A DNA stretch of 64,000 bases from Nitrospinota bacterium (GTDB lineage Bacteria > JADFOP01). The DNA is taken from NCBI GenBank assembly GCA_022562795.1, contig JADFOP010000006.1, positions 1-64,000 of the forward strand, written 5' to 3'. The notes below the pieces were generated by a model. It had not been told where the DNA came from. It saw only the letters and a program-made list of their open reading frames with translations, and made no database searches. Made by a program: the position numbers and the translations under genes. Within the stretch, counting starts at the first letter, position 1. The number at the start of each line of letters is the position of its first letter. Positions 18,193 through 27,900 of this stretch are shown here, piece after piece.

Positions 18193-19971
18193 TCAGGAGG
18201 GCTTTTTCAGCCGGAGATGGAGCTCATCGAGCTGAGAGGCATCTACTGTTGAGGGGGCATCAACCATGAGGTCGACGGCATTTTGGGTCTTCGGGAAAGC
18301 GATGACGTCCCGTATCGAGTTCACCCCGGCCATGAGCATGATGATCCGGTCAAGCCCCAAGGCTATCCCCCCGTGGGGCGGGGCCCCATACTCCAGGGCC
18401 TCCAGCAAGAAACCGAATTTCTCCTCAGCCTCGGTCGGCCCGATGTCGATCGCCGCGAAGAGGCGCTCCTGGATCTCCCGGCGGTGGTTTCGGATGCTGC
18501 CGCCGCCGATCTCTTCACCGTTTAAGACCAGATCGTACGCCTTGGCGCGCACCCGAGCAGGGTCGGTCTCCAGGAGATGCAAATCCTCCTCCCTCGGAGC
18601 GGTAAAGGGATGGTGCATAGCATAGTACCGCCCATCCTCCTCGTGGTACTCGAGGAGAGGAAAATCCAGGACCCAGCATGGCTGGTAGTCCTCGGGAGGG
18701 ATTAGGCCGAGCCTGTGGCCAAGGGCTAGGCGGAGGGCGCCCAGGGATTTGCTGGCAACCTGAGCCTCGTCTGCCACCATGAGCACAAGGTCGCCGGATG
18801 CGGCCTCGACGGCCGAGGCGATGTTCTTCAGCGATCCCTCGCTGAAAAATTTCTCCAGAGGAGATTTGATCCCATCGGGGGTCACCTTCATCCAGGCCAG
18901 CCCCCGGGCTCCGTATCCCTGCACCTCTCCGTTGAGGTCGTCCAGTTCCTTTCGCGAAAGGCCGGCCTGTCCAGGCAAAGATAGGCCCTTGACCCGGCCG
19001 GCTCCTGTTAATACCTCGTTGAAGATGTCGAAGGAGCCTCCCTCAACGATGTCGGAGACATCCATGATGGGCATGCCGAATCGAAGGTCGGGCGCGTCGG
19101 TGCCGTAGCGCTCCATGGACTCCGCGAAGGCGAGGCGGGGGAAAGGGGTCGCGAGCTCCCTGCCCATGACTTCATGAAAGATATGGGCCATCATCGACTC
19201 GGTAAGGGCTAAGACGCCTTCTTGATCAATGAAGGAGCACTCTACGTCGATTTGGGAGAACTCCGGCTGCCTGTCTGCCCGGAGGTCTTCGTCGCGAAAG
19301 CACCTGACGATTTGGAAATATTTCTCGTATCCAGCCACCATGAGGATCTGCTTGAATATCTGTGGCGATTGAGGCAGAGCGAAAAACTTTCCTGGGTTGA
19401 CTCGGCTGGGGACGAGGTAGTCCCGTGCGCCTTCGGGAGTGCTTCTGGTAAGAAAGGGGGTTTCGATCTCCAAGAAGCCCTGGCTGTCGAAGAAATCCCG
19501 TACGGCCTTCGTTGTCCTGTGGCGCAGCTTCATGATGCGCTGCTGATCGGGCCTTCTGAGATCGAGGTAGCGGTACTTATACCTCACGATATCGCCGACT
19601 TCGGCCCCCTCCTCGATGAGGAACGGGAGCGGTTTGGATGGGTTGAGAATTTCGAGACGGCTGACGTTGACTTCAACAGCTCCCGTGGCGAGCTTGGGGT
19701 TGACCATGCCCTCCGGGCGGGCTACGACCTCGCCCTCTACCGCAAGGACGAACTCGTTGCGGATGGCCTTGGCCTCCTGGTGAGCGGGGGCATCGACCTC
19801 GGAGTCAAAAACCACTTGAGTTATGTCTTCCCGGTCACGGAGGTCCACAAAGATGAGCCCCCCGTGGTCGCGCCGTCGGTGAGCCCAACCGGCCAACACC
19901 ACTGATGCGCCTACGTCCGCCTCTGTGAGCTCCCCACAGTGGTGAGTCCGCCTGAGCCAAAACTCGCTCAC
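18193..19971 (-). CDS. aspS: Aspartate--tRNA ligase, probably the non-discriminating (Asp/Asn) type
   Basis: RTHHCGEL, RRRDHGG, STPEGARDYLVPSR, CFRDEDLRADRQPEF, GAPPHGGIALGLDR. Confidence 0.96.
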   Translation of the reverse strand: MSEFWLRRTHHCGELTEADVGASVVLAGWAHRRRDHGGLIFVDLRDREDITQVVFDSEVDAPAHQEAKAIRNEFVLAVEGEVVARPEGMVNPKLATGAVEVNVSRLEILNPSKPLPFLIEEGAEVGDIVRYKYRYLDLRRPDQQRIMKLRHRTTKAVRDFFDSQGFLEIETPFLTRSTPEGARDYLVPSRVNPGKFFALPQSPQIFKQILMVAGYEKYFQIVRCFRDEDLRADRQPEFSQIDVECSFIDQEGVLALTESMMAHIFHEVMGRELATPFPRLAFAESMERYGTDAPDLRFGMPIMDVSDIVEGGSFDIFNEVLTGAGRVKGLSLPGQAGLSRKELDDLNGEVQGYGARGLAWMKVTPDGIKSPLEKFFSEGSLKNIASAVEAASGDLVLMVADEAQVASKSLGALRLALGHRLGLIPPEDYQPCWVLDFPLLEYHEEDGRYYAMHHPFTAPREEDLHLLETDPARVRAKAYDLVLNGEEIGGGSIRNHRREIQERLFAAIDIGPTEAEEKFGFLLEALEYGAPPHGGIALGLDRIIMLMAGVNSIRDVIAFPKTQNAVDLMVDAPSTVDASQLDELHLRLKKPS

Positions 19972-20024
19972 TAGTCCTCCTCCCCCAGGGAGTAAACCTT
20001 AAGCCCCTTAAAAACAAGGGAATA

Positions 20025-20052
20025 ATTATAGATAAGCGGACTCTGGAGTCAA
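20025..20052 (-). promoter_or_regulatory. Putative sigma70 promoter of aspS-era-recO
   Basis: Minus strand TTGACT-16 nt-TATAAT. Confidence 0.6.
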
Positions 20053-20214
20053 GAACGTTTGCCAGGCCGCATTGTGCAGGAGATCAGTCCAACGTCGGCT
20101 ATCAGTCCGCCGGTCGGGCTTCAATTAGCCGCTTGGTGGAGTGGTCCTAACGGCCGTACCCAGTCTATCGCAGGAGGGGCATCGCCAGAAGTACTCCCGA
20201 ACGGAAGCCCGGCA

Positions 20215-20568
20215 CTACTTCGACTCAACAGCTACCCCCTCTTTCGATGAGGCCTCGGTCTTAGAAGCAGGCAGGGGTTCGGCCAGAGGGAGATTGCGGA
20301 GCGAAACGAGTTCCTTTTCCATCTCTCGAATGACCCGGTCGCGCTTTCGCACCTCATACAAGAAGTGAAAGCGCTCTCCGATGGCGAACAGGGCCGCAAG
20401 AATGGCTCCCATCACAACGGCAGCAAGCAAAACCACGTAGAGGGGAACGGGAGGTGTAGCGTAGCCATAGTAGTACTTAAGCACGACGGGCTCGCTGTTG
20501 TTTACGGCGAATGAGGCCAGAACCACCAAAACAATGAGGCCGATGATTAGCTTAAAAGTCCTTACCAT
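20215..20568 (-). CDS. LapA-domain (LPS assembly protein A-like) membrane protein
   Basis: Two TM helices with FAVNNSEPV and PLYVVLL; coiled C-terminus ending ELVSLRNLP. Confidence 0.75.
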   Translation of the reverse strand: MVRTFKLIIGLIVLVVLASFAVNNSEPVVLKYYYGYATPPVPLYVVLLAAVVMGAILAALFAIGERFHFLYEVRKRDRVIREMEKELVSLRNLPLAEPLPASKTEASSKEGVAVESK

Positions 20569-20638
20569 AACTTGCTTCCTTTGGACTTGGGGACGGCGTC
20601 ACCCAACACCCTCATTGGGCGCTTCCGGAGGCCCGCCA

Positions 20639-21130
20639 TCATTCAAGGCTTATGCTCCCGAAGTAGGGCCGCAGATGTTCGTAGGTGCTTTGAATATGTT
20701 CCGAGATGACCTTGGTGTCCGAAATCACAGGCATAAAGTTGGTGTCCCCCTGCCAGCGGGGTACCACATGGAGGTGGACGTGATCAACGATCCCCGCACC
20801 GGCCACCCTACCCAGGTTGATGCCAACGTTGATTCCATCTGGGGCGAAAGCTTCACGCAGACCCTTGAGGGCCTTCTGTGTCACCAGCGAGCACTCCAAG
20901 AGTGTTTGCTCGTCGAGATCTGTGTAATCGGCCACATGAGCAAACGGGGCAATCATGAGGTGGCCGTTAGAATATGGGTAGAGGTTCATCACCACGTAGG
21001 TGTGGCTTCCCCGAAAGAGAATGTGGTGAGCGGCGTCATCCCCCGCCACAGCCACCTCACATAAAACACACCCATCATCCGGGTAGCGTTTTATATATTC
21101 CATTCGCCACGGTGCCCAAAGTCGTTCCAT
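20639..21130 (-). CDS. HIT-family nucleotide hydrolase/phosphorylase
   Basis: LWAPWRMEYI, CVLC, NLYPYSNGHLMI, HVHLHVVPRW (HxHxH). Confidence 0.92.
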   Translation of the reverse strand: MERLWAPWRMEYIKRYPDDGCVLCEVAVAGDDAAHHILFRGSHTYVVMNLYPYSNGHLMIAPFAHVADYTDLDEQTLLECSLVTQKALKGLREAFAPDGINVGINLGRVAGAGIVDHVHLHVVPRWQGDTNFMPVISDTKVISEHIQSTYEHLRPYFGSISLE

Positions 21131-21147
21131 CGTCCATGCAGCTCCAG

Positions 21148-21591
21148 TTAATCCCCTCTCGAAAGCAGCCCAAGCAATTCCGCCTCCTTGAGGGTCATCG
21201 CCGCGGCTTGTTCTGCTGAGTCCTCGTGGTCATAGCCTATCAGGTGCAGCAAGCCATGAATGAGGAGAGCGTCCATCTCATTCTCAAGGGAATGTCCTGC
21301 TTCCTCAGCCTGGGCAGCGGCCCGCTCGACAGAAATGACCACATCGCCCAGCAGCGGTGGATGGGGGATGTCAGCGCGGTCTTCGTCCATCGGAAAGGCC
21401 AAAACATCGGTCGAATCTTCGACCCGGCGCCACTGTGCATTTAGTGACGCGATGGTCGTGTTATCGACCAAAACGATGGAGAGCTCGGCCTCCTTACAGT
21501 CCAAGGCGTTTAAGAGGAGGCGGGCCTTCTGCCTCATCGTCCTCAGATCGATCGGAACGATGGTCTGCTGATTTAATACCGCTACCCCCAC
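21148..21591 (-). CDS. ybeY: rRNA maturation endoribonuclease YbeY
   Basis: TDVLAFP, LLGDVVIS, HGLLHLIGYDH; strong GAGGAGG SD before GTG 21591. Confidence 0.93.
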   Translation of the reverse strand: MGVAVLNQQTIVPIDLRTMRQKARLLLNALDCKEAELSIVLVDNTTIASLNAQWRRVEDSTDVLAFPMDEDRADIPHPPLLGDVVISVERAAAQAEEAGHSLENEMDALLIHGLLHLIGYDHEDSAEQAAAMTLKEAELLGLLSRGD

Positions 21592-24055
21592 TTGCCTCCT
21601 CCTCGCTACCCGCGAACACCTGCTCGGGCATTTCCTTCTCTTCTGGGTAATCTATACGATGATGGTATATGCCGATCAGGGTTCGGGTAAAGCTATCAAC
21701 TATCTTGTTCAAATCCTTAAGTGTCAGGTCGCACTCGTCCAGCTGAGCATCGGCGAATTTGTTGTTTACAATCTTTCGGACCAGTCCCTCGATGCGAGAA
21801 GGGGTAGGATCCGTAACGGTCCGGGCAGCGGCCTCGACGCTGTCGGCCAGGTGAACTATGCCCGCCTCCTTGGTCTGAGGCTTCGGCCCGGGATAGCGGT
21901 AGTCCTCCTCTTTGATCTCCTGAATAGATGGGTCTTGCTGTTTCTTCGCCTTATCATAAAAATAAGTGATTAAGCTCGTGCCGTGGTGTTGGGGGATAAC
22001 ATCAATAATTTTTTCTGGGAGCTTGTTCTCGCGGGCAAGTTCGATTCCATCCTTGACGTGCGATGTGATGATAAGAGTGCTCATCGAGGGGGAGAGCTTC
22101 TTGTGCTTGCTCTCCTTGCCCATGAGATTTTCCACGAAGTATTCCGGCTTTTTGATTTTCCCTATATCGTGAAAGTACGAGCTTACCCTCGCAAAGAGGC
22201 TATTGGCCCCAATGGCCTCGGACGCCCCCTCGGCCAGGTTGCCCACAATAATACTGTGATGGTAGGTGCCTGGCGCCTGCATCATAAGCTTCCGCAAGAG
22301 AGGATGGTTGAGGTCACTCAACTCCAGCAACTTAATATCGGAGGTGACGTTGAATAGCGCCTCTAACATCGGCAAAAATGCGGAGACCAGCACCGCAGCC
22401 ATAAGACCCCCGACGAAGCCCATCATGATGTCAATAAACCCTATGGCACTAAAGATTGTTCCCGAGTAGAGATCCAAGGCCAAAATGGTCAATATATTGA
22501 CGCCCCCGATGAAAAGACCCGCCACTAGAATCGAGGAGCGGCGCTTGTACTCGTTGGCCCAAAGGACTGCAACCAGGCTCGAGAATAGACATACCAACGG
22601 ATAGCTCAAACCCTCTTGAATCATGAACCCAATGAAGAAGGTGAGGATTACGCTGAACACCAAAGCCACCTCCTTCTCGAGAAGGATGACCAGGAGCATC
22701 GCGCCTATGGCGTAAGGAATCGCGAAAAAATATGAGGTGTGCGGAACTGCACCGAGGCTCGTTCCAATAGCCTTGGCAAAAATGATGCTGACCTTGACTA
22801 GCAGGACGTTGCCCACCAGCACAAGGCTGATGAGCAGAAGGTCTTTGGTGGACTTCAACGTTGCTGGGGTGAATTTGTAGAAAGCGGCCACCAACATGGC
22901 CAACAAGAGAAAAGTCAGCAGGTGAGCGCCACCAATAGCATGTATAGTCGAGCGATTTTCTTGCTGCAAGGCAAGTTGTCTGAGTTTGGCCAGATGCTCT
23001 TCTCGGACCCGCTCACCCTCTCGGAGAATCATCTCCCCCTTCTTGACCTGAAAAAGCACCGGCTTGACCGCGGTGATAGCCTCCTTTTTTTGCTTCTCGG
23101 TCTCTAGCTTGTTGAAGGTGAGGTTGGGCCGGATCATGGAAGCAGCCAAGCGGGTTACTAATGAACGATTGCCCCGGGTGGTTTCAGGGAACAATCGCAG
23201 GGCGGCCGCCCTGATGGCGCTTTCGAGCGACTTAATGTCTATAGTCGCTGAGAAATCGGTCAGGACTCGTGTCTCTTGCGAACCAACCTCTTGGACTATA
23301 ATGCCTTGCTTGCCCTGTTGGAGCAATAATGGTTTGTTGGCCACAACGCCCTTGCGCATAACCTCCGCCATCACCTGGATACCGGCCTCTTGAAGCGCGG
23401 GGTCAAAATGGCGGGCCACCAATGCCGTGACCTCTTCCTGGGGAAGCTGCACGCCAAGAATTTTTTGGAATTGCTCTATTTTCATAGCAAAGAGAGGGCT
23501 TTTCTCAATGACGGAGATGTCGAGTGAATGCCCACTAGAGCCCAGTGGCGGCTGCTTAGGGATGAGCAGCCCTTCGGGCTTCACCGCAGGGGGCAAAGCT
23601 ACCTCCGGGGCGCGTGTAAGATAGGCCTTCTGTATTGTGCCAAAGGCCCTATTCAGTCTAGCGCTAACCTCCTCAATGACTTTGATGTCGAAATCGTAGA
23701 CGGGTAAGAGCTTGGTGACTGCTTCCTCGCGCTTGGCGAGGGTCGAGGCCTCATCGACGACGAGGAAATCCTCCGTGGCCTTGACATCGCCGAGGGCAAC
23801 ATCTCCTACGTTATAAGTTTTGGGCGGCAAGGTTACGTAGGGAACCAACAGCATGGCCAGAACTATCACTAGGACAACCGGGAGCACCAGCTTAATCCGC
23901 TGTTCTCCGGCCTTAAGCCGCGCAGCTACTCCCTTATGGCCACGCGCCCCCTTCTTGCCTTTTTTATTCCTCCCTGCGAGGACCATTAAGGTGCTTTGGC
24001 GTCTCCGGTCTTCTTGCCGTCTTTTCTCAATGTCCGAAACGCCCATCGGAGTCAC
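21494..24055 (-). CDS. 7TM-HD membrane phosphohydrolase (PgpH-like)
   Basis: N-terminal TM, large extracytoplasmic domain, multi-TM block, HD domain (APGTYHHS, YFHDIGK, QHHGT, LADSVEAA); lies between phoH and ybeY. Confidence 0.88.
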   Translation of the reverse strand: MTPMGVSDIEKRRQEDRRRQSTLMVLAGRNKKGKKGARGHKGVAARLKAGEQRIKLVLPVVLVIVLAMLLVPYVTLPPKTYNVGDVALGDVKATEDFLVVDEASTLAKREEAVTKLLPVYDFDIKVIEEVSARLNRAFGTIQKAYLTRAPEVALPPAVKPEGLLIPKQPPLGSSGHSLDISVIEKSPLFAMKIEQFQKILGVQLPQEEVTALVARHFDPALQEAGIQVMAEVMRKGVVANKPLLLQQGKQGIIVQEVGSQETRVLTDFSATIDIKSLESAIRAAALRLFPETTRGNRSLVTRLAASMIRPNLTFNKLETEKQKKEAITAVKPVLFQVKKGEMILREGERVREEHLAKLRQLALQQENRSTIHAIGGAHLLTFLLLAMLVAAFYKFTPATLKSTKDLLLISLVLVGNVLLVKVSIIFAKAIGTSLGAVPHTSYFFAIPYAIGAMLLVILLEKEVALVFSVILTFFIGFMIQEGLSYPLVCLFSSLVAVLWANEYKRRSSILVAGLFIGGVNILTILALDLYSGTIFSAIGFIDIMMGFVGGLMAAVLVSAFLPMLEALFNVTSDIKLLELSDLNHPLLRKLMMQAPGTYHHSIIVGNLAEGASEAIGANSLFARVSSYFHDIGKIKKPEYFVENLMGKESKHKKLSPSMSTLIITSHVKDGIELARENKLPEKIIDVIPQHHGTSLITYFYDKAKKQQDPSIQEIKEEDYRYPGPKPQTKEAGIVHLADSVEAAARTVTDPTPSRIEGLVRKIVNNKFADAQLDECDLTLKDLNKIVDSFTRTLIGIYHHRIDYPEEKEMPEQVFAGSEEEASGGSGIKSADHRSDRSEDDEAEGPPPLKRLGL

Positions 24056-24078
24056 TCCCTCTCGAAATCCCCGCTACG

Positions 24079-25110
24079 TCAGCTTACTCTTTCTTGACGG
24101 GAATCATGGCGCTCATAAGCCTTGACAATCTCCTGGACGAGATCGTGTCGTACCACATCTTTCTCTGAGAAGTAGACGAACCGGATTCCATCAACGTTTT
24201 CCAAGACTTCCTGGATATTAATTAACCCGGAGCGCTTTTCTTCGGGGAGATCGACCTGGGTGATGTCTCCCGTTATCACGACCTTGGATAGGAAACCCAT
24301 GCGAGTCAAAAACATCTTCATCTGCTCGCTGGTCGAATTCTGTGCCTCGTCGAGGATGATGAAGGAATCGTTCAGCGTCCGCCCCCGCATGTAGGCCAAC
24401 GGGGCAATCTCGATTGAGCCCTTTTCAATAAGACGCTGCGCCTCATCGAACTCCAGCATGTCGTATAGCGCATCGTAAAGGGGCCTAAGATATGGACTCA
24501 CCTTATCTGCAATGTCGCCGGGTAAAAATCCGAGCTTCTCACCTGCTTCCACGGCCGGGCGAGTCAGGATGATACGGGCGAATTTTTTACTCTTCAAACC
24601 ATTAACGGCCATTGCCATTGCTAGGTAAGTCTTCCCGGTCCCAGCCGGACCAATTCCGATGACGATGTCGTTACTCCGCATTGCTGCTACGTAGTCGCGC
24701 TGGATGAGGCTTTTCGGAGTGATGAAGCGCTTCCGGGACGGTACATCGATCCGTTCGCTGAAAATCGTGGTAATGTCGACCTCAGGATCATCCCGCAGAA
24801 TGCGAAGGAGATACTTCAAGTCATTGTTCTGGAGCGGATAGCCCCCTTCCACCAAGTTGTAGAGGTCGCCTAAGAGCCGTTCCACCAGCTGGGTGGCATT
24901 CTCCGACCCCTTGATGGTGAGCGTCGACCCTTTGGTGGTCACTCGCACATCGAAGGATTTTTCTATCAACCGAAGATGTTTATCCTTGATACCGTAAAGA
25001 TCGGGGATATATCGGCCGTCCTTTAACGTCAATGACCGGATGGATGCACCTCCTAATAGGGGCGGGCGGATAACTGATAGCCCCTCGGTTTCTCTTCGAA
25101 TTATTACCAC
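24079..25110 (-). CDS. PhoH-family ATPase (YbeZ-like)
   Basis: [47 protein letters not shown]. Confidence 0.94.
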   Translation of the reverse strand: MVIIRRETEGLSVIRPPLLGGASIRSLTLKDGRYIPDLYGIKDKHLRLIEKSFDVRVTTKGSTLTIKGSENATQLVERLLGDLYNLVEGGYPLQNNDLKYLLRILRDDPEVDITTIFSERIDVPSRKRFITPKSLIQRDYVAAMRSNDIVIGIGPAGTGKTYLAMAMAVNGLKSKKFARIILTRPAVEAGEKLGFLPGDIADKVSPYLRPLYDALYDMLEFDEAQRLIEKGSIEIAPLAYMRGRTLNDSFIILDEAQNSTSEQMKMFLTRMGFLSKVVITGDITQVDLPEEKRSGLINIQEVLENVDGIRFVYFSEKDVVRHDLVQEIVKAYERHDSRQERVS

Positions 25111-25136
25111 AAACTCCTGAACAATACAATGGCGCC

Positions 25137-27833
25137 TTAGGCAATCTCGCCCTTCTCGAGAACACCAAGAAGAGTTTCCCGAATGTGGGCGATGCGCGTA
25201 TCGTCGAAGATTTTCTCCTTATCCAAGTCTGTTACATAAAAAACATTTATCGCCCTGCTGGCCTCGGTCGAGATCTTGGCAAGGTAGATATCGAGATTCA
25301 GCTTCACCATTTCCCGCGTCACTAGATAAAGCAAACCCAAGCGGTCGCGGGCCTTCATCTCGATGACCGTGTGCGTATCGGAAATCCGGTTGTTAATCTC
25401 GACACTGGCTCCCACGGGCCGCCCCAGGAAGCGCTTGTCCGTCACGTACTGTGTGCGACGGGAAAGGAGAGCCTCCACCGTCTCCTTGCCGGCAATCATG
25501 TCCCTCAAGTTGCCCTCGAGGGCTTGCCAGACCGACTCGTCGGTCACACAGCCGCCTTCGAGGCGGTCGACCTGTAGGGTGTCAATGGCAATGTTGTCCT
25601 GGCGGGTGAAGACCTGGGCCCCTAAAATATTGATGTTCTTTGAGGTTAGGGCCCCCGCTATCTCAGATAAGATGCCTGTGCGGCCCGTGGTACAGACCAG
25701 AACCTCAGAGTAGCCAAACTGTTGGTTGTGCCAGTGTTCCATGGCCAGCCCTTCCTGGGCGATCATCTTTTCGGCGAGCTGAATGTGGAGGACGATCCGA
25801 TCAGGCGGAGTGGAGGCAACGTATTTATAAGGCATGGCTTGAAAATAAGCCTCAATGGCCTCCGGGGAAACGTCGTAAGCCAGTTCACGAGCCACCAACT
25901 CACGAAGACGCTCCAAGAGTGCCTCACCGGTGAGTCTCTCTTCGGGCTCGTGGGTCAAATAATCCTTGGCCCGGTGGTATAGGTCCCACAGGAGAGCCCC
26001 CTTCCACGCCGTCCATGCCTCGGGAGCCACGGCGCTGATGTCAGCATACGTAAGAAGGTAAAGGAGTTTGAGGTTCTCCAGCGAGCCCACAGCATCGCTA
26101 AAGTCCTTAACAATTCGCTCTTCATGCATATCCCGGCGTTGGGCGGCCCTGTTCATTAGCAAATGGTTGGCCACAAGGAATATAACCTGCTGGGCGGCCT
26201 TCTCCCCCATCGGCCAGCGATCTAGAACCTCTCGGGCTATCTCTACCCCCCGCTCAATATGACCTGCTGCCCCTTCGCTCTTACCAATGTCATGTAAAAG
26301 CAAGGCCATCTTGAGCACAGAAGGTCTCTCCAGGCCACGGTAGATGGCCCTTAATTCCTTGAGGCTTGAAGATGTTGAATCCTTCAGCTCCTCCAAATTT
26401 CGAACTGCCTGTAACGTGTGCTCGTCAGCCGTATACCTATGGAACACATCATATTGGGGCAAGAATGTCAGGTCGCCATACTCCGGCAGTATGACTCCTA
26501 GGAGGCCCACTTCATGCATTAAGCGAAGGACCCGTTCAGCTCCGTCATTATCCAGCAGACCATAAAAGAGATTTCGGACCTCCATGGAACTACGGAAACA
26601 GTCGTCGATGAATCCCAGGTGACGCCTGATGAGCCCTCGTAGGCTCTCATGAGGAAGCAGGTTATTTTTCTGGCACAACTCGAAAGCCCGAAGCATAAGT
26701 ATGGGGCGGTCTTCGATCTGCATTGCCGCCACATGGTTCATGTGCAGCTCTCCCTCTCTAGAGACAAAGCCGTCACCCAGGTCTTTTGACTTAACCCGTT
26801 CCCAGGCTTTCGTCAGGCCCTTTTTGGGGGGTTGGCAGCGGGACAGGAGGAGTTCAGAGAATTGTTTAATCCTCGAGGCCTGATGATAGTAGTCTTGCAT
26901 CAACCTCTCAACGGCAAGGCGAGGGCCTTGGTCTTCAAAACCCAAATGGTCGGCCACCCGACGCTGGAGCTCCACGGCAAGGACGTCCTCCCTCGCGTCC
27001 TGCAGGTAGTGGAGCTCGTTTCGAACCTTTAAGAGAAAATTGTACGCCTCCCGGGTTACCTTATAAGCCTCCGCGTCGATGAGGCCCGCACCATAGCATT
27101 CGTCAAGAGTGGAGAAGCCAAAGCGTGCCGTTGCCAGCCACAAAGCGAGGTGGTAGTCACGAAGCCCTCCTACTCCCTCCTTTACGTTTGGCTCAAGAAG
27201 TGTGACCAGATTTTCGTGTCGCTTATAGCGTTGGTCTCGCCATTCGATTCTCTGCCGTATGAAGGCATCGACCGCTTTCTCGATCACCTGCTTCCGGAAG
27301 GCCTGTTGGAAGTCACCGTAGAGCGGATGACTCCCGGCAAGATAGCGGCCTTCCAACATGGCCGTACGAGCAGAGAGGTCCTTTCTGCCTAGGCTGATGC
27401 ACTCGGGAATAGTCCTCACACTGTGGCCCACCTGAAAGCCACTGTCCCAGAGAAGCGTCAAGATTTCGTTCACAATGTCCTCTAAGGACACAGAGGACGG
27501 GCGGCGAAGGAAGAGAATATCCACATCGGAGTAAGGGCAAAGCTCTCCCCGCCCATAGCCCCCCGTAGCCACCAGAGCTAGGGGGAGGTCAATACCATCT
27601 GGGCTATATCCATGGTGGCGGACGGCCAGGCTGAAGATCTCAGTGACCACCTGGTCAGCAAAGAGGGTGAGGAGGCCAGTGACCTCAATGCCGCTTGCTC
27701 CAGAGCGGTGTAGGGCCTTGACACGATCCTTTTCACGACGGACCCGTTCCTTGACAGTCTCGACATACTCCTTCCTCTGTCTTGGGCTGGCAAAGACACT
27801 CTCTGGGTTAAGCTGTGTTATTGGCAATTCCAT
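25137..27833 (-). CDS. glnD: [Protein-PII] uridylyltransferase/uridylyl-removing enzyme
   Basis: GGYGRGELCPYSDVDIL, EPNVKEGVGGLRD, FHRYTADEH, LLHDIGK, two C-terminal ACT domains. Confidence 0.94.
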   Translation of the reverse strand: MELPITQLNPESVFASPRQRKEYVETVKERVRREKDRVKALHRSGASGIEVTGLLTLFADQVVTEIFSLAVRHHGYSPDGIDLPLALVATGGYGRGELCPYSDVDILFLRRPSSVSLEDIVNEILTLLWDSGFQVGHSVRTIPECISLGRKDLSARTAMLEGRYLAGSHPLYGDFQQAFRKQVIEKAVDAFIRQRIEWRDQRYKRHENLVTLLEPNVKEGVGGLRDYHLALWLATARFGFSTLDECYGAGLIDAEAYKVTREAYNFLLKVRNELHYLQDAREDVLAVELQRRVADHLGFEDQGPRLAVERLMQDYYHQASRIKQFSELLLSRCQPPKKGLTKAWERVKSKDLGDGFVSREGELHMNHVAAMQIEDRPILMLRAFELCQKNNLLPHESLRGLIRRHLGFIDDCFRSSMEVRNLFYGLLDNDGAERVLRLMHEVGLLGVILPEYGDLTFLPQYDVFHRYTADEHTLQAVRNLEELKDSTSSSLKELRAIYRGLERPSVLKMALLLHDIGKSEGAAGHIERGVEIAREVLDRWPMGEKAAQQVIFLVANHLLMNRAAQRRDMHEERIVKDFSDAVGSLENLKLLYLLTYADISAVAPEAWTAWKGALLWDLYHRAKDYLTHEPEERLTGEALLERLRELVARELAYDVSPEAIEAYFQAMPYKYVASTPPDRIVLHIQLAEKMIAQEGLAMEHWHNQQFGYSEVLVCTTGRTGILSEIAGALTSKNINILGAQVFTRQDNIAIDTLQVDRLEGGCVTDESVWQALEGNLRDMIAGKETVEALLSRRTQYVTDKRFLGRPVGASVEINNRISDTHTVIEMKARDRLGLLYLVTREMVKLNLDIYLAKISTEASRAINVFYVTDLDKEKIFDDTRIAHIRETLLGVLEKGEIA

Positions 27834-27866
27834 GAGAAATCATCCGGGGGTATTGTAGCTTTGAGT

Positions 27867-27895
27867 AATCTATTCCTTTAAAATATGAATGTCAA
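27867..27895 (-). promoter_or_regulatory. Putative sigma70 promoter of glnD
   Basis: Minus strand TTGACA-17 nt-TAGATT. Confidence 0.55.
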
Positions 27896-27900
27896 AGCGT

